61,188 bases of DNA from the IMG/VR virus record IMGVR_UViG_3300010346_001238; one strand, given 5' to 3'. The stretch's first letter is position 1. Each line of letters starts with the position of its first letter. This DNA is from an uncultured virus (IMG/VR IMGVR_UViG_3300010346_001238). Taxonomy: Duplodnaviria; Heunggongvirae; Uroviricota; Caudoviricetes. The notes under the pieces were generated by a model that worked only from the letters and a program-made list of their open reading frames with translations, made no database searches and was not told the DNA's origin. The translations under genes were made by a program, and so were the position numbers. Below are positions 7,687 through 17,009 of the stretch, in pieces.

Positions 7687-10600
7687 ATGGATGATAGAAT
7701 TAAAATTAGTGAATTAAACGAATTTCCAATAAATGAAGATCCATTGCAAGGAGAAGATTTTCTTCCAATGGTTAATAGTAGTTCAATGACGACTTATCGT
7801 ATTGGTGTTGAAGAACTTGGCGAAGCTATTACTGCAATGAATCCTCCACCTACTGAAGCATTATGGGCAGATCATGCTGAAAGCGCATCATTTGCTTCTC
7901 AATCTTTAACTGCTTCTTTAGCGGATTATGCCAAAGTAGCCGGAAATGTAAATACGACAGGAAGCATACATTATTATACGAAATGGACAAAACATAAAGA
8001 ACCCGGTCCTAATGGTTGTTTAAGTGTAGATAGTGGATTATACCATTCACATAGTTATGAAGGAACTCCATCTAATGAACCTCCGGTTGAATTTAAAAGA
8101 CCGGGAAGTTCAATTGTAATAGTTGGTTCATTTAATCCAAATGATGTTTCGAATACTAAGCGAGAAGATTTCAAATCTTACGGCTATTGGAATTATCGGC
8201 AAAATTTTCCTAAAGGTGTTCCAAGAGGTACAGCACGTGGACTTTTTACTGAGCATCCTATTGTATCTCCTTGGGGGGCACTTACTGATCAATCAACATG
8301 GATATTTGTAACGGGAAGTTATCCATTAGTAGATCCTGAAACTAACAAGGTATCTGTCGAAGATGAGTGGTTATTAGAACGCCCAGATTGTCAAACTTAT
8401 TATTGGTCGGGAAGTTCCGATACGGAAAATGTTATTGGATCGGGCATGTATGAAATAGGAAGAGAACCCAATGCTATTGCTAATGCATTTAATGGAAAAT
8501 GGGTTAGAATAGCAGCAATAAGCAATCGTGAACCAGTGGTTTCGGATCATTCGGCGTATGGTGAAGCTTATACTCCTTGGGGAGGGTTTTTCGGAAGAGT
8601 TCGAATAGAACTGACTACAGGTAATACAGGAACTAATATTTCTCATGTAGTTGACATGGATATACATAGTGGACCGCATTCGGGAGGGGATTCTGTTCGA
8701 GTATTACATTCGAGTATATACAATGGAATGCTTATTCGCAAATTGAGACTTTCAAGATGGACTAATATTTTAGATGTACCTCCGAGTGAATATACATATA
8801 CTGATCCTGCTAAGTCTTTAGATATTTTCGTAGATAATTTAGATGAGCGTGATAATTATTTACGGATAACTCTTCAATCGTGGGGTGGCGTTCGTTTTCT
8901 TAGACAACCAAATATAGGTCCTCCACCATTATATGATACTGGAAGTGCTAATCTTAATCCTCCTCCTAACATGTGTTCGTATTTGATATTCCCAGCTAAT
9001 CCTGGATACTATTCTACGCTGGGAGATAAACAGGGAGACGCTCGGCAAGGAATGGGGGCACAACCATATATGTTTCTTGGGAAAAAAATAATAATGGATC
9101 CTAATAGAAACTTAATTACTGAAAGTGGTTGGAAAAATGACGAACCTATTGAGACATATAAACCATATTCTTTGTGGGTAAGTGGAACTATTTCTACACA
9201 TAAATATTATGCCGAAGACGATGAGGGAAAAAGTGGACAAATGTTAACATATGATCCAATACAATCTCAGTGGAGATTGTGGACTGCTAAGGGAGGAATT
9301 TTAATTAATTCGGCATCATCGGTAGATTCTCCAATGGAATTAACGCCGAAAGATACTGTGGCCGTTGGTACTATTATGGCTTATGCCGGAACGACGGCAC
9401 CTTTGAATTGGTTAGAATGCGATGGCCAAGTTTTAGAAACTAAAAGTTATTATGATTTATATGACGCAATTAAAGTACCCCCCGGAAGAAATTCAAATGC
9501 ATGGTATGGTTATCTTTGTGATAAGAATGGAAATAGAACTTTAAGTGGAAAATATTTTAAACTTCCTGATTTAAGAGGATTCTTTTTGCGAGGATTAAAT
9601 ACTACAACAGTAGGAGATATTTATCGAGATGAAAATAGACCATTTGCATCCGGGCAATCTGCTAGTTTAGGAAATCATTATCATGGTGTTGGAAATTTTG
9701 TCGACGGAACGGGTAATACCAATGATTTTTATTTAATTTCACGTTCATGGGTTTCTACTACTAACGTATATACGGGAAGATATGTACCTATAAAAAGTAA
9801 TACGTGGGGGGGAAGACAATTGCAGCAAGGAACGAGTATCGGTGGAAACTATGATTATAAATCTTGGCCCATAGCAACAGCACATCCTGAAGCATTTAAC
9901 GGGCAATTATATCCTAGAAATGTGGCAATGATGTATATCATTAAATATAGTTCCGCCGTTGATTACGCTAATGCAAATACCCCATTACAGGGAGATGTTG
10001 GAGGAACAATAAATTCTAGTGTAGTAACTAAATTGCGTGGAAAATCTATTTCGACAACTGCTCCGACGGATGATCAGGTTTTAATGTATAATGCGGGAAG
10101 TGCTCAATGGGAACCTAAAAATCTTCCAAATATAGGAGCCGCAGTAGGAAATGGGAAATCATATATTGTAGCAAATCCTGGAGGTGCATTTGTTTCTCAC
10201 GATGGAACGTATTTATATGTATTTACACATGATGAACTTCGAAAGAAAACTAATTTAACGAGAATTCATATGGTAACAAATGAAGTTAAATTTATAACTT
10301 CATTAGATTTAGATACTAATATATTAAGTCGAGATATAGGATGTAAATTGTATAAAGTAACTTATGATAATACTAATCCATATAAAGTTTTATATACAAG
10401 ATATGATGGATTTTATCAACTTAATTTACATGATCATTCAATAGAGAAAATACATGATCTTGAAGATTTAAGTCGACAACTTCCGTGTTCTCATAGTGTT
10501 GATGGAAGCAACAAGATTGATAGAACATGGTTCTTGAATTTAACGTATGGGGTTGCAACCGATGTTGGTACTTTTCCACGCACAAAATATACTTCTATTT

Positions 10601-11064
10601 ATTATTCGGCAGGAGCATGGATAAAAAATGAGAATGTTCCCTCAATAGATTTTGCGAAATTTACCAACAATGACGATAATATTGAATTTAAACAATTTTA
10701 TAATTCATTTCCCGAATTAGAACCAGATGATGATGATGGAAGTCGTTCTTATGTTTTTGGGTTTGATTATAATATTATTACTCATAAATATTATTTAATT
10801 GATAATACCTATGGATATTTACACATTTTCAATAATTCAAAAGATAACTTCGTAGAAGGATGGGTAAATGATAAATTTACTTATGAAAAGACCTTAGCCA
10901 TTCCAAATGTTGGAAGTGGGGATTGGTCAACAGATAGAAAAGAAGAAAAATATGTTATAGATATAAACCCCGATACAGGAGATGAACGAGGAATTATCTA
11001 TTATCGTTCAGCCAATACGGGATCTCATGGAGTAGTTGGTTATGTAAATTGGCCGGGGACATAA
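7687..11064 (+). CDS. Tail fibre protein with tail-collar domain
   Basis: N-terminal 'IKISEL...DFLPMV'; collar motif 'VGTIMAYAG...WLECDG...FKLPDLRGFFLRG' and 'PRNVAMMYIIKY'; beta-rich C-terminus. Confidence 0.85.
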   Translation: MDDRIKISELNEFPINEDPLQGEDFLPMVNSSSMTTYRIGVEELGEAITAMNPPPTEALWADHAESASFASQSLTASLADYAKVAGNVNTTGSIHYYTKWTKHKEPGPNGCLSVDSGLYHSHSYEGTPSNEPPVEFKRPGSSIVIVGSFNPNDVSNTKREDFKSYGYWNYRQNFPKGVPRGTARGLFTEHPIVSPWGALTDQSTWIFVTGSYPLVDPETNKVSVEDEWLLERPDCQTYYWSGSSDTENVIGSGMYEIGREPNAIANAFNGKWVRIAAISNREPVVSDHSAYGEAYTPWGGFFGRVRIELTTGNTGTNISHVVDMDIHSGPHSGGDSVRVLHSSIYNGMLIRKLRLSRWTNILDVPPSEYTYTDPAKSLDIFVDNLDERDNYLRITLQSWGGVRFLRQPNIGPPPLYDTGSANLNPPPNMCSYLIFPANPGYYSTLGDKQGDARQGMGAQPYMFLGKKIIMDPNRNLITESGWKNDEPIETYKPYSLWVSGTISTHKYYAEDDEGKSGQMLTYDPIQSQWRLWTAKGGILINSASSVDSPMELTPKDTVAVGTIMAYAGTTAPLNWLECDGQVLETKSYYDLYDAIKVPPGRNSNAWYGYLCDKNGNRTLSGKYFKLPDLRGFFLRGLNTTTVGDIYRDENRPFASGQSASLGNHYHGVGNFVDGTGNTNDFYLISRSWVSTTNVYTGRYVPIKSNTWGGRQLQQGTSIGGNYDYKSWPIATAHPEAFNGQLYPRNVAMMYIIKYSSAVDYANANTPLQGDVGGTINSSVVTKLRGKSISTTAPTDDQVLMYNAGSAQWEPKNLPNIGAAVGNGKSYIVANPGGAFVSHDGTYLYVFTHDELRKKTNLTRIHMVTNEVKFITSLDLDTNILSRDIGCKLYKVTYDNTNPYKVLYTRYDGFYQLNLHDHSIEKIHDLEDLSRQLPCSHSVDGSNKIDRTWFLNLTYGVATDVGTFPRTKYTSIYYSAGAWIKNENVPSIDFAKFTNNDDNIEFKQFYNSFPELEPDDDDGSRSYVFGFDYNIITHKYYLIDNTYGYLHIFNNSKDNFVEGWVNDKFTYEKTLAIPNVGSGDWSTDRKEEKYVIDINPDTGDERGIIYYRSANTGSHGVVGYVNWPGT

Positions 11065-11081
11065 TTATATTTATAAATTAT

Positions 11082-12173
11082 ATGAAAGATCAAATTATTG
11101 ACCGAATTATTCGGTTTGACAAATTATTAGGTATAACTGCTCTTAGCATTGCTTTTGCGGCAGCATTTTTTTCTGTATATGGTATTGCTACACTTTTTGC
11201 GGGCGCATTTACTTTTGCTGCATTCATGGCTTCAACTTTAGAAGTTGGAAAAATAGTATCAGTAATATTTTTGTACCGTTATTGGAAAAAAACACAGGGA
11301 TTTCTTAAAACATATCTCGGAATTGCTGTTTTTGTATTAATGTTAATAACCTCGTTAGGAATTTTTGGATATTTGTCGGCAGCGTATCAAAAATCGGCAA
11401 TTGAATTTAAAGAAGCCCAAGAAAAAATAGTAGTTGTTGAATCTAAAAAAGTATATTTGAATGAGAAAATTGAACAATCTAAGGCTAGAATTAAAACTCT
11501 TAATGATATGCGAGTTATGCAAGAAAGTCGTATGTCAGAAGCTTTAACTAATGCTTTTTTAATTAGAAATCCGATACAATTAAAACAAATACAAGAACAA
11601 ACGGCGGAATTAATTAAATCTGCTGATTCGGATATTAGGGCCGAAAATGAAAACATACAACAAACAATGAATGAAATTGTTGCTATAAATCAACAAGTAA
11701 CAGATATGAAATTTTCGGCGGCAGGGAAAAAGGATATACGAACATTTCAATTTGTAGCGGACCAATTTGGCACAACTTTAGATAAAGTGGCTAAGTATTT
11801 TATTTTAATAATTATTTTTGTATTTGATCCTTTAGCTATATCTTTAATTTTAGCTTATAATGTAGCAACTTATAAAAGAATAGAAGACAAAGATAATATT
11901 CCTGTTCCAGTTATAAAATCGGGAGAAAAATCGGAACTATCTTCTAAAGAACCTATGAAAGAAACTATAAAACCTATTTTAGATAATAAACCGGAAGAAA
12001 TCATAAAAAATCCTACGGAAGAAAATCAAAGTAAATTTAAAAAAATAGTTAATTTAATTAAATCTCCGGAAATTGTACAAGAAAAAAAGAAGTCCGGATT
12101 AAAGACATCTGATAAAAAAACTCATAAATATCATGATCCTTATGGGAAGGGACCGAGACAACCTTGGTTATAA
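11082..12173 (+). CDS. Membrane protein with a central coiled coil
   Basis: Three N-terminal TM segments ('ITSLGIFGYLS'), a coiled coil, then a TM 'IIFVFDPLAI'; start ATG 11082 follows TATTTATA. Confidence 0.75.
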   Translation: MKDQIIDRIIRFDKLLGITALSIAFAAAFFSVYGIATLFAGAFTFAAFMASTLEVGKIVSVIFLYRYWKKTQGFLKTYLGIAVFVLMLITSLGIFGYLSAAYQKSAIEFKEAQEKIVVVESKKVYLNEKIEQSKARIKTLNDMRVMQESRMSEALTNAFLIRNPIQLKQIQEQTAELIKSADSDIRAENENIQQTMNEIVAINQQVTDMKFSAAGKKDIRTFQFVADQFGTTLDKVAKYFILIIIFVFDPLAISLILAYNVATYKRIEDKDNIPVPVIKSGEKSELSSKEPMKETIKPILDNKPEEIIKNPTEENQSKFKKIVNLIKSPEIVQEKKKSGLKTSDKKTHKYHDPYGKGPRQPWL

Positions 12174-12189
12174 AAATGAATATAATAAG

Positions 12190-12218
12190 TTGACAATACG
12201 TTAATTATAGTATATTCT
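12190..12218 (+). promoter_or_regulatory. Sigma70-type promoter upstream of the late-sigma operon
   Basis: TTGACA (12190-12195), 17 nt spacer, TATTCT (12213-12218). Confidence 0.6.
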
Positions 12219-12307
12219 ATTTGCATAAAAATGAAGAAATTTAACATCTTTCATAAAAAGTTTTATATATATGCGTCAGAAATTTAATAAACTATTAGTA
12301 AAATACT

Positions 12308-12445
12308 ATGGATCAATCTGATATAATATATGTAATGGAAATTTTGAAAGATGCAATCGATGAAAAAGATTGGGATAAAGTAGAAGAAGCAAATGAAACT
12401 CTAAAAGAATTTTTAGACTCGGATGAGTTTCATTTGGAAGAATAG
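12308..12445 (+). CDS. Small acidic protein (45 aa; absent from the ORF track)
   Basis: Translates as MDQSDIIYVMEILKDAIDEKDWDKVEEANETLKEFLDSDEFHLEE, ending in TAG. Confidence 0.6.
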   Translation: MDQSDIIYVMEILKDAIDEKDWDKVEEANETLKEFLDSDEFHLEE

Positions 12446-12450
12446 ATATT

Positions 12451-12741
12451 ATGATTACATTTATTTTGATTACGGGCTTAATTATTTCCTTTATAATTAA
12501 TATTATTTTATTTGTACTAATTAAACGACTTATTAAAAAAATCGATATTTATGAAGAATGGATATTAGATTTTCAAACCGATGTTATATCGACATTGGAA
12601 CAAATGCGTGAAATAGATCGGCAAGGTACTTTTGCTACATCTATGAATGAAAAGGGAATATTTGAGTCGGATGATCAAGTAGGTAATATTTTTAAGGAAT
12701 TATTGGCTCTAGTCGAAAAACTAGAACAAAGGATTCAATGA
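12451..12741 (+). CDS. Membrane-anchored small protein
   Basis: N-terminal TM helix, then 'FESDDQVG'; ATGA overlap with the next gene. Confidence 0.7.
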   Translation: MITFILITGLIISFIINIILFVLIKRLIKKIDIYEEWILDFQTDVISTLEQMREIDRQGTFATSMNEKGIFESDDQVGNIFKELLALVEKLEQRIQ

Positions 12742-13799
12742 AAAAGAAAAATAAAGTTGCAACAAAAATACATTTAAAAAAGAAGCCCATTCGAAAAAAA
12801 TATATAAAGGTAATTCGAAAAATTAAAAATAAATGGCGAGAAACTAAAAAAAAGGTATTGCCCAAACCAAAACCGAAGCCGAAGCCTAAGACAAGACCTA
12901 AATTAAAGCCGAAGACGGGGGAGAATAGAATTCTTAATTCAAAAATAAAATCAAATTCAAAGAATATTAAATCTAAAAATAAATCTTTGCAGTTGATTCC
13001 CGTTTCTCATGATCTTGTAATAACAATACCAGAATCCGTCCCCGAAAAACGCACGAGAAAGAGAAGAAGTAAAAATTCGGCCCGTATGTATTTTACTCAA
13101 GAAACAGAAGATGCAATTATTGAATATAATAATACTGAAGATTTAGAATTAAGAGAGAAAATATTTCAAGAAAAGATATTACATCCATTTCAAAAACTGG
13201 TAGAAAATGTATTTAATACATTTAAATTTTCTTATTTTGAAACGGGTCCTTTAGATGTACAAAAAGAATGTTTAACCCATTTAGTGGCAAATATGCATAA
13301 GTTTGACCCCTCTCGTAAAAGTAAGACGGATCCAGATAAAAAGACAAAAGCTTTTGCTTATTTTTCAATTATAGCTAAACATTATTTAATATTATTAAAT
13401 AATACTAATTATAAAAAATTTAATCAAAACCTTGAAATAAGTGAGGAAAGAGAGGAAAATACAATTCAATTACAAATGGATGATAAATATTATGCACAAC
13501 AAGAAATGTCGGATTTTATTAGATTAATGGTAGAATTTTGGGAAAAAAACGCCGAAAAAGTATTTACAAAACAGAGAGATTTAAATATAGCGAATGCAGT
13601 AATAGAATTATTCCGCAATTCGGATCGGGCTGAAGCATTTAATAAAAAAGCTTTATATTTGTATATTAGAGACATGGCTTCATGTAAAACTCAACAAATA
13701 ACTAAAGTTATAAATCGAATGAAACAATATCATGATAATATTCAAAAGTCTTATATTGAAAATGGATACGTAAATACGGATCGGAATTCTATAATTTAA
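12738..13799 (+). CDS. Phage late-transcription sigma factor (T4 gp55-like) with a Lys/Pro-rich N-terminal extension
   Basis: 'YFT...AIIEYN...KLVENVFNTFKFSY...KFDP...KAFAYFSIIAKHY' resembles the gp55/sigma region 2 pattern. Confidence 0.7.
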   Translation: MKKKNKVATKIHLKKKPIRKKYIKVIRKIKNKWRETKKKVLPKPKPKPKPKTRPKLKPKTGENRILNSKIKSNSKNIKSKNKSLQLIPVSHDLVITIPESVPEKRTRKRRSKNSARMYFTQETEDAIIEYNNTEDLELREKIFQEKILHPFQKLVENVFNTFKFSYFETGPLDVQKECLTHLVANMHKFDPSRKSKTDPDKKTKAFAYFSIIAKHYLILLNNTNYKKFNQNLEISEEREENTIQLQMDDKYYAQQEMSDFIRLMVEFWEKNAEKVFTKQRDLNIANAVIELFRNSDRAEAFNKKALYLYIRDMASCKTQQITKVINRMKQYHDNIQKSYIENGYVNTDRNSII

Positions 13800-13843
13800 T
13801 TTTCTTTAAAGAAGAATAAGTAATAATAACTATTTATGTGCAT

Positions 13844-14230
13844 ATGGCAAATGTTAATTTTGAAATTTATGATGGGAAAACATTTAAAGATTTATGTAAA
13901 GAAGTAGTTTTACGTTCCCAAAGTAAAAAAGATCAACTAGATACGTTAATTTCTGATATTCGAAGTCAAATTACGCAGCCTAATGACTTACAAGTTTTTA
14001 TACCAAGAATTAAAGAATTATTGGAAATAGGGGTTAAAAATGACGAACAATTGATTAAATTGGCCGCAGTTTTACAAAGGCTAGAATCGGCTCAAATTGA
14101 AGCTACGGGGGGCGAACCTACAGGATTAACAGATGCCGAGAAGGAGCAATTAATGAAAGCTAAATTGCGAGAATTAGAAGATTTAAAAGAAATTAAAAAA
14201 GAAATAGATAAACCAATTGATGTAAAATGA
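13844..14230 (+). CDS. Hypothetical helical protein
   Basis: ATG 13844 follows TATTTATG; 'LEIGVKNDEQLIKLA'. Confidence 0.65.
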   Translation: MANVNFEIYDGKTFKDLCKEVVLRSQSKKDQLDTLISDIRSQITQPNDLQVFIPRIKELLEIGVKNDEQLIKLAAVLQRLESAQIEATGGEPTGLTDAEKEQLMKAKLRELEDLKEIKKEIDKPIDVK

Positions 14231-14231
14231 T

Positions 14232-15803
14232 ATGGCATACTGGAAAGGAATACCTAAAGATGTACGGAAATTAGATAGTTTTGGATTATCTACCAGCACA
14301 AGTAATATATCTATTACTCCTGGGGAATTTTATGAATTAGAATTAGCAGTAGTATTAGATATTATATTGGATGAAAAACATCCTATGATAAAAGAAGGAG
14401 AATTTCCTCATTCTCGTATAGATGTTAATAGATGGCCTGCGGATGTAGAAGATAAAGAGCCCAAAGATACTGATGTAGATTATACTTGGATTGGACGGGC
14501 TTTAGTTAGACCACTACAAACTGAAAAATCAACTGATAAAGATGAATTATTATGGGCATTTCCTTTGGAATCTAATATTTCCGAATATCCATTAATAAAT
14601 GAATTGGTTGTTTTATATCGATTAGGTGAAAAGGTTTATTACTCTCGTAAATTAAATTATCAAAATTGGCAAAATAATAATCTTGATTTTGCAATAGAAG
14701 GAGAAACGTCTGGGAAAGACAATAAAATTTTATTTACGGATGAAATATTAACGGGGAGTAAAGAATCTCTAACTAATCATAAGGGGAATACAGGATTTCA
14801 TGGATATGCGGGGCAATATTTTGTGGCTAATAATAAAATACGGGCAGTTAAAAGACGAGAGGGAGATTTACATATAGAAAGCCGATTTGGGCAAAATATT
14901 ATTTTTAGAGCATATGATAGGAACCGTAAAAATGATATAGGATATGATAAATATCCGGATTATAAAGATTCGGGAAATCCTATGATTATTATGCGTAACC
15001 GGCAACGAAAAATTCTAAAGGCCGGAGAAAAATTAACATTAAATCATAGTCCCAATCCGGCAACAGTTATTGGAACGGTACATGAAAAGAATGTGGGGGG
15101 ATATGTTGAAGAAAATATTAATCATGACGGCACTTCAATATACATTACTAGCGGTTTAACTATAAGTGATTGGGTTACGACGTGTTTTAAAAGAATGTTT
15201 AGTGATGTTAAAGGGGAAGAAGTTGGTGCTTTTAAAGGGAAAAGTGATTTTAAATATCCAATATTAAATGGGGATCAGATTGTAATTAATACAGACCGTT
15301 TAATTTTTTCTTCCCGGTATGGTGAAACGTTTCATTATTCTAAAAAGAGATATGCCATAGTTACGGATAATGAATATACTGTTGATGCTCATGAACAAAT
15401 GGTACTGACTACTCACCAAAAAATAGTATTAAATTCTCCCGCAATTTATTTGGGAGAATACGATAAAACCGACGAACCCGTTTTATTAGGACAAACTACA
15501 GTTAATTGGTTATATGAATTATGTAACTGGTTATTAAAACATACTCATTGGTATATACATTCCCACACACATGCAGGGAAAGAATCTCCGTCTCAAACTC
15601 AATTACCTGTACAAGTTCAATCTCTCATTGCTTTAAGAGATAAATTACATACTTTAATGAGCCGTAGGGTATATGTAACAGGAGGAGGATTTGCTCCTGG
15701 TCAAAATGGAGCCGAAATTGAAGAAGGAAAACCTCCTGTAAAAATTAATGTCTGGAGCGGAACAGGAGTTCCGGGAGGATTTAGGGGAAAAAATCATAGA
15801 TAA
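14232..15803 (+). CDS. Baseplate central spike/hub protein (gp5/gpV-like)
   Basis: OB-fold-like 'YPLINELV', 'EGD..IESRFGQ', beta-helix-like region, C-terminal HxH cluster 'HTHWYIHSHTH'; lies upstream of gp25. Confidence 0.7.
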   Translation: MAYWKGIPKDVRKLDSFGLSTSTSNISITPGEFYELELAVVLDIILDEKHPMIKEGEFPHSRIDVNRWPADVEDKEPKDTDVDYTWIGRALVRPLQTEKSTDKDELLWAFPLESNISEYPLINELVVLYRLGEKVYYSRKLNYQNWQNNNLDFAIEGETSGKDNKILFTDEILTGSKESLTNHKGNTGFHGYAGQYFVANNKIRAVKRREGDLHIESRFGQNIIFRAYDRNRKNDIGYDKYPDYKDSGNPMIIMRNRQRKILKAGEKLTLNHSPNPATVIGTVHEKNVGGYVEENINHDGTSIYITSGLTISDWVTTCFKRMFSDVKGEEVGAFKGKSDFKYPILNGDQIVINTDRLIFSSRYGETFHYSKKRYAIVTDNEYTVDAHEQMVLTTHQKIVLNSPAIYLGEYDKTDEPVLLGQTTVNWLYELCNWLLKHTHWYIHSHTHAGKESPSQTQLPVQVQSLIALRDKLHTLMSRRVYVTGGGFAPGQNGAEIEEGKPPVKINVWSGTGVPGGFRGKNHR

Positions 15804-15842
15804 AGTTAATACATAATAACATTATAAAATATATTTATAAAT

Positions 15843-16574
15843 ATGAAGAAAGAAGAATTCAATAAACTTACACAAATAATTGAATTATTAGTACGTAAAG
15901 AAGTTCAAAAAGAGCTTAAAGCCCAGCTTCCTGCTTTGATTTCTGAAGAAATCCATAATATAGTGGAAAATTTACAAAAATCGCCTGATTCTTCAATAAT
16001 TAATGAAACAATACAGAATACAAATAGTGAAGAAAATTTTGAATTATCTATGCGGGAGTTATTTGCCGGAGTGAATCCGATGGGAATAAATGAATTAAAT
16101 TCGTCGAATATATCAAAATCTTCTCCGAAACGTTATACAAACAATCCTATTATAAATCAAATTTTAAATGAAACGACTTCCGATTTAAGACAAAGAGAGC
16201 GGATGGTTGGTGGGGCGGCGCAATTGGGAGGGTATTCTCCATCAGTAGCAATGGCAGCGTCCAATATTCCTCAAATATCTATGACTGGTCCCGGAGAAAT
16301 GATGGATGATAATGAAATACCTTCTTTATCAAAAATGCCAACAATGCCTACAGCGGGTTCTGATGGAATGAAAAATATACAAATTTCTCGTCCACCAGAT
16401 TTAGTTGAAGGACAAGAAAGTACATATGCTCCATTAGAATCTTTACCCGAGGGGGTATCAGCATTAGATGTTGCTCGTCAAGTTCCATTAGCCGATCCAG
16501 TGGCCAGAGCGTTAACTCGAAATTATTCGGCAGTAATGAAAAAAATAGATGAAAAAAAGAATTTTGTAAAGTAA
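15843..16574 (+). CDS. Hypothetical virion-associated protein
   Basis: N-terminal 'IELLVRKEVQKEL', 'NPIINQILNET', C-terminal 'ALTRNYSAVMK'; in the baseplate cluster. Confidence 0.6.
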   Translation: MKKEEFNKLTQIIELLVRKEVQKELKAQLPALISEEIHNIVENLQKSPDSSIINETIQNTNSEENFELSMRELFAGVNPMGINELNSSNISKSSPKRYTNNPIINQILNETTSDLRQRERMVGGAAQLGGYSPSVAMAASNIPQISMTGPGEMMDDNEIPSLSKMPTMPTAGSDGMKNIQISRPPDLVEGQESTYAPLESLPEGVSALDVARQVPLADPVARALTRNYSAVMKKIDEKKNFVK

Positions 16575-16575
16575 T

Positions 16576-17007
16576 ATGAATTTAACCAATATTTCCACTA
16601 TGTCTAATCCAATTGGAATTTTACTTCCTTTTCGTCGAGGGAAAGTGGGATATTTTGATCAATCGGTTGATACTTTCACGGCATATCGCATGAATATTAT
16701 TAATTTAATTAGAACTAAACCGGGTGAAAGAAGAATGAATCCAACATTTGGATGTCATTTATGGAATGTAATATTTGAACAAAATGATCAATTTATTATT
16801 GAAAAAATAAGCCGGATTATTGAAGAAGATATTGCACAATGGATTCCCGGAGTAGGTGTATCTAATGTCGAAGTTAAATATTTTGATGATGATAAAACTA
16901 TAGATCATCGAGATACTTATAAATTATATATAGCAGTACATTTTATAATAAATTCTATAAATTATGAGGATATGGTAGAAATTGTACTTAATACTGGAAA
17001 AATTTAA
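16576..17007 (+). CDS. Baseplate wedge subunit, gp25/gpW-like
   Basis: 'NLIRTKPGERRMNPTFGCHL...IFE...WIP' is the gp25 signature. Confidence 0.9.
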   Translation: MNLTNISTMSNPIGILLPFRRGKVGYFDQSVDTFTAYRMNIINLIRTKPGERRMNPTFGCHLWNVIFEQNDQFIIEKISRIIEEDIAQWIPGVGVSNVEVKYFDDDKTIDHRDTYKLYIAVHFIINSINYEDMVEIVLNTGKI

Positions 17008-17009
17008 TT

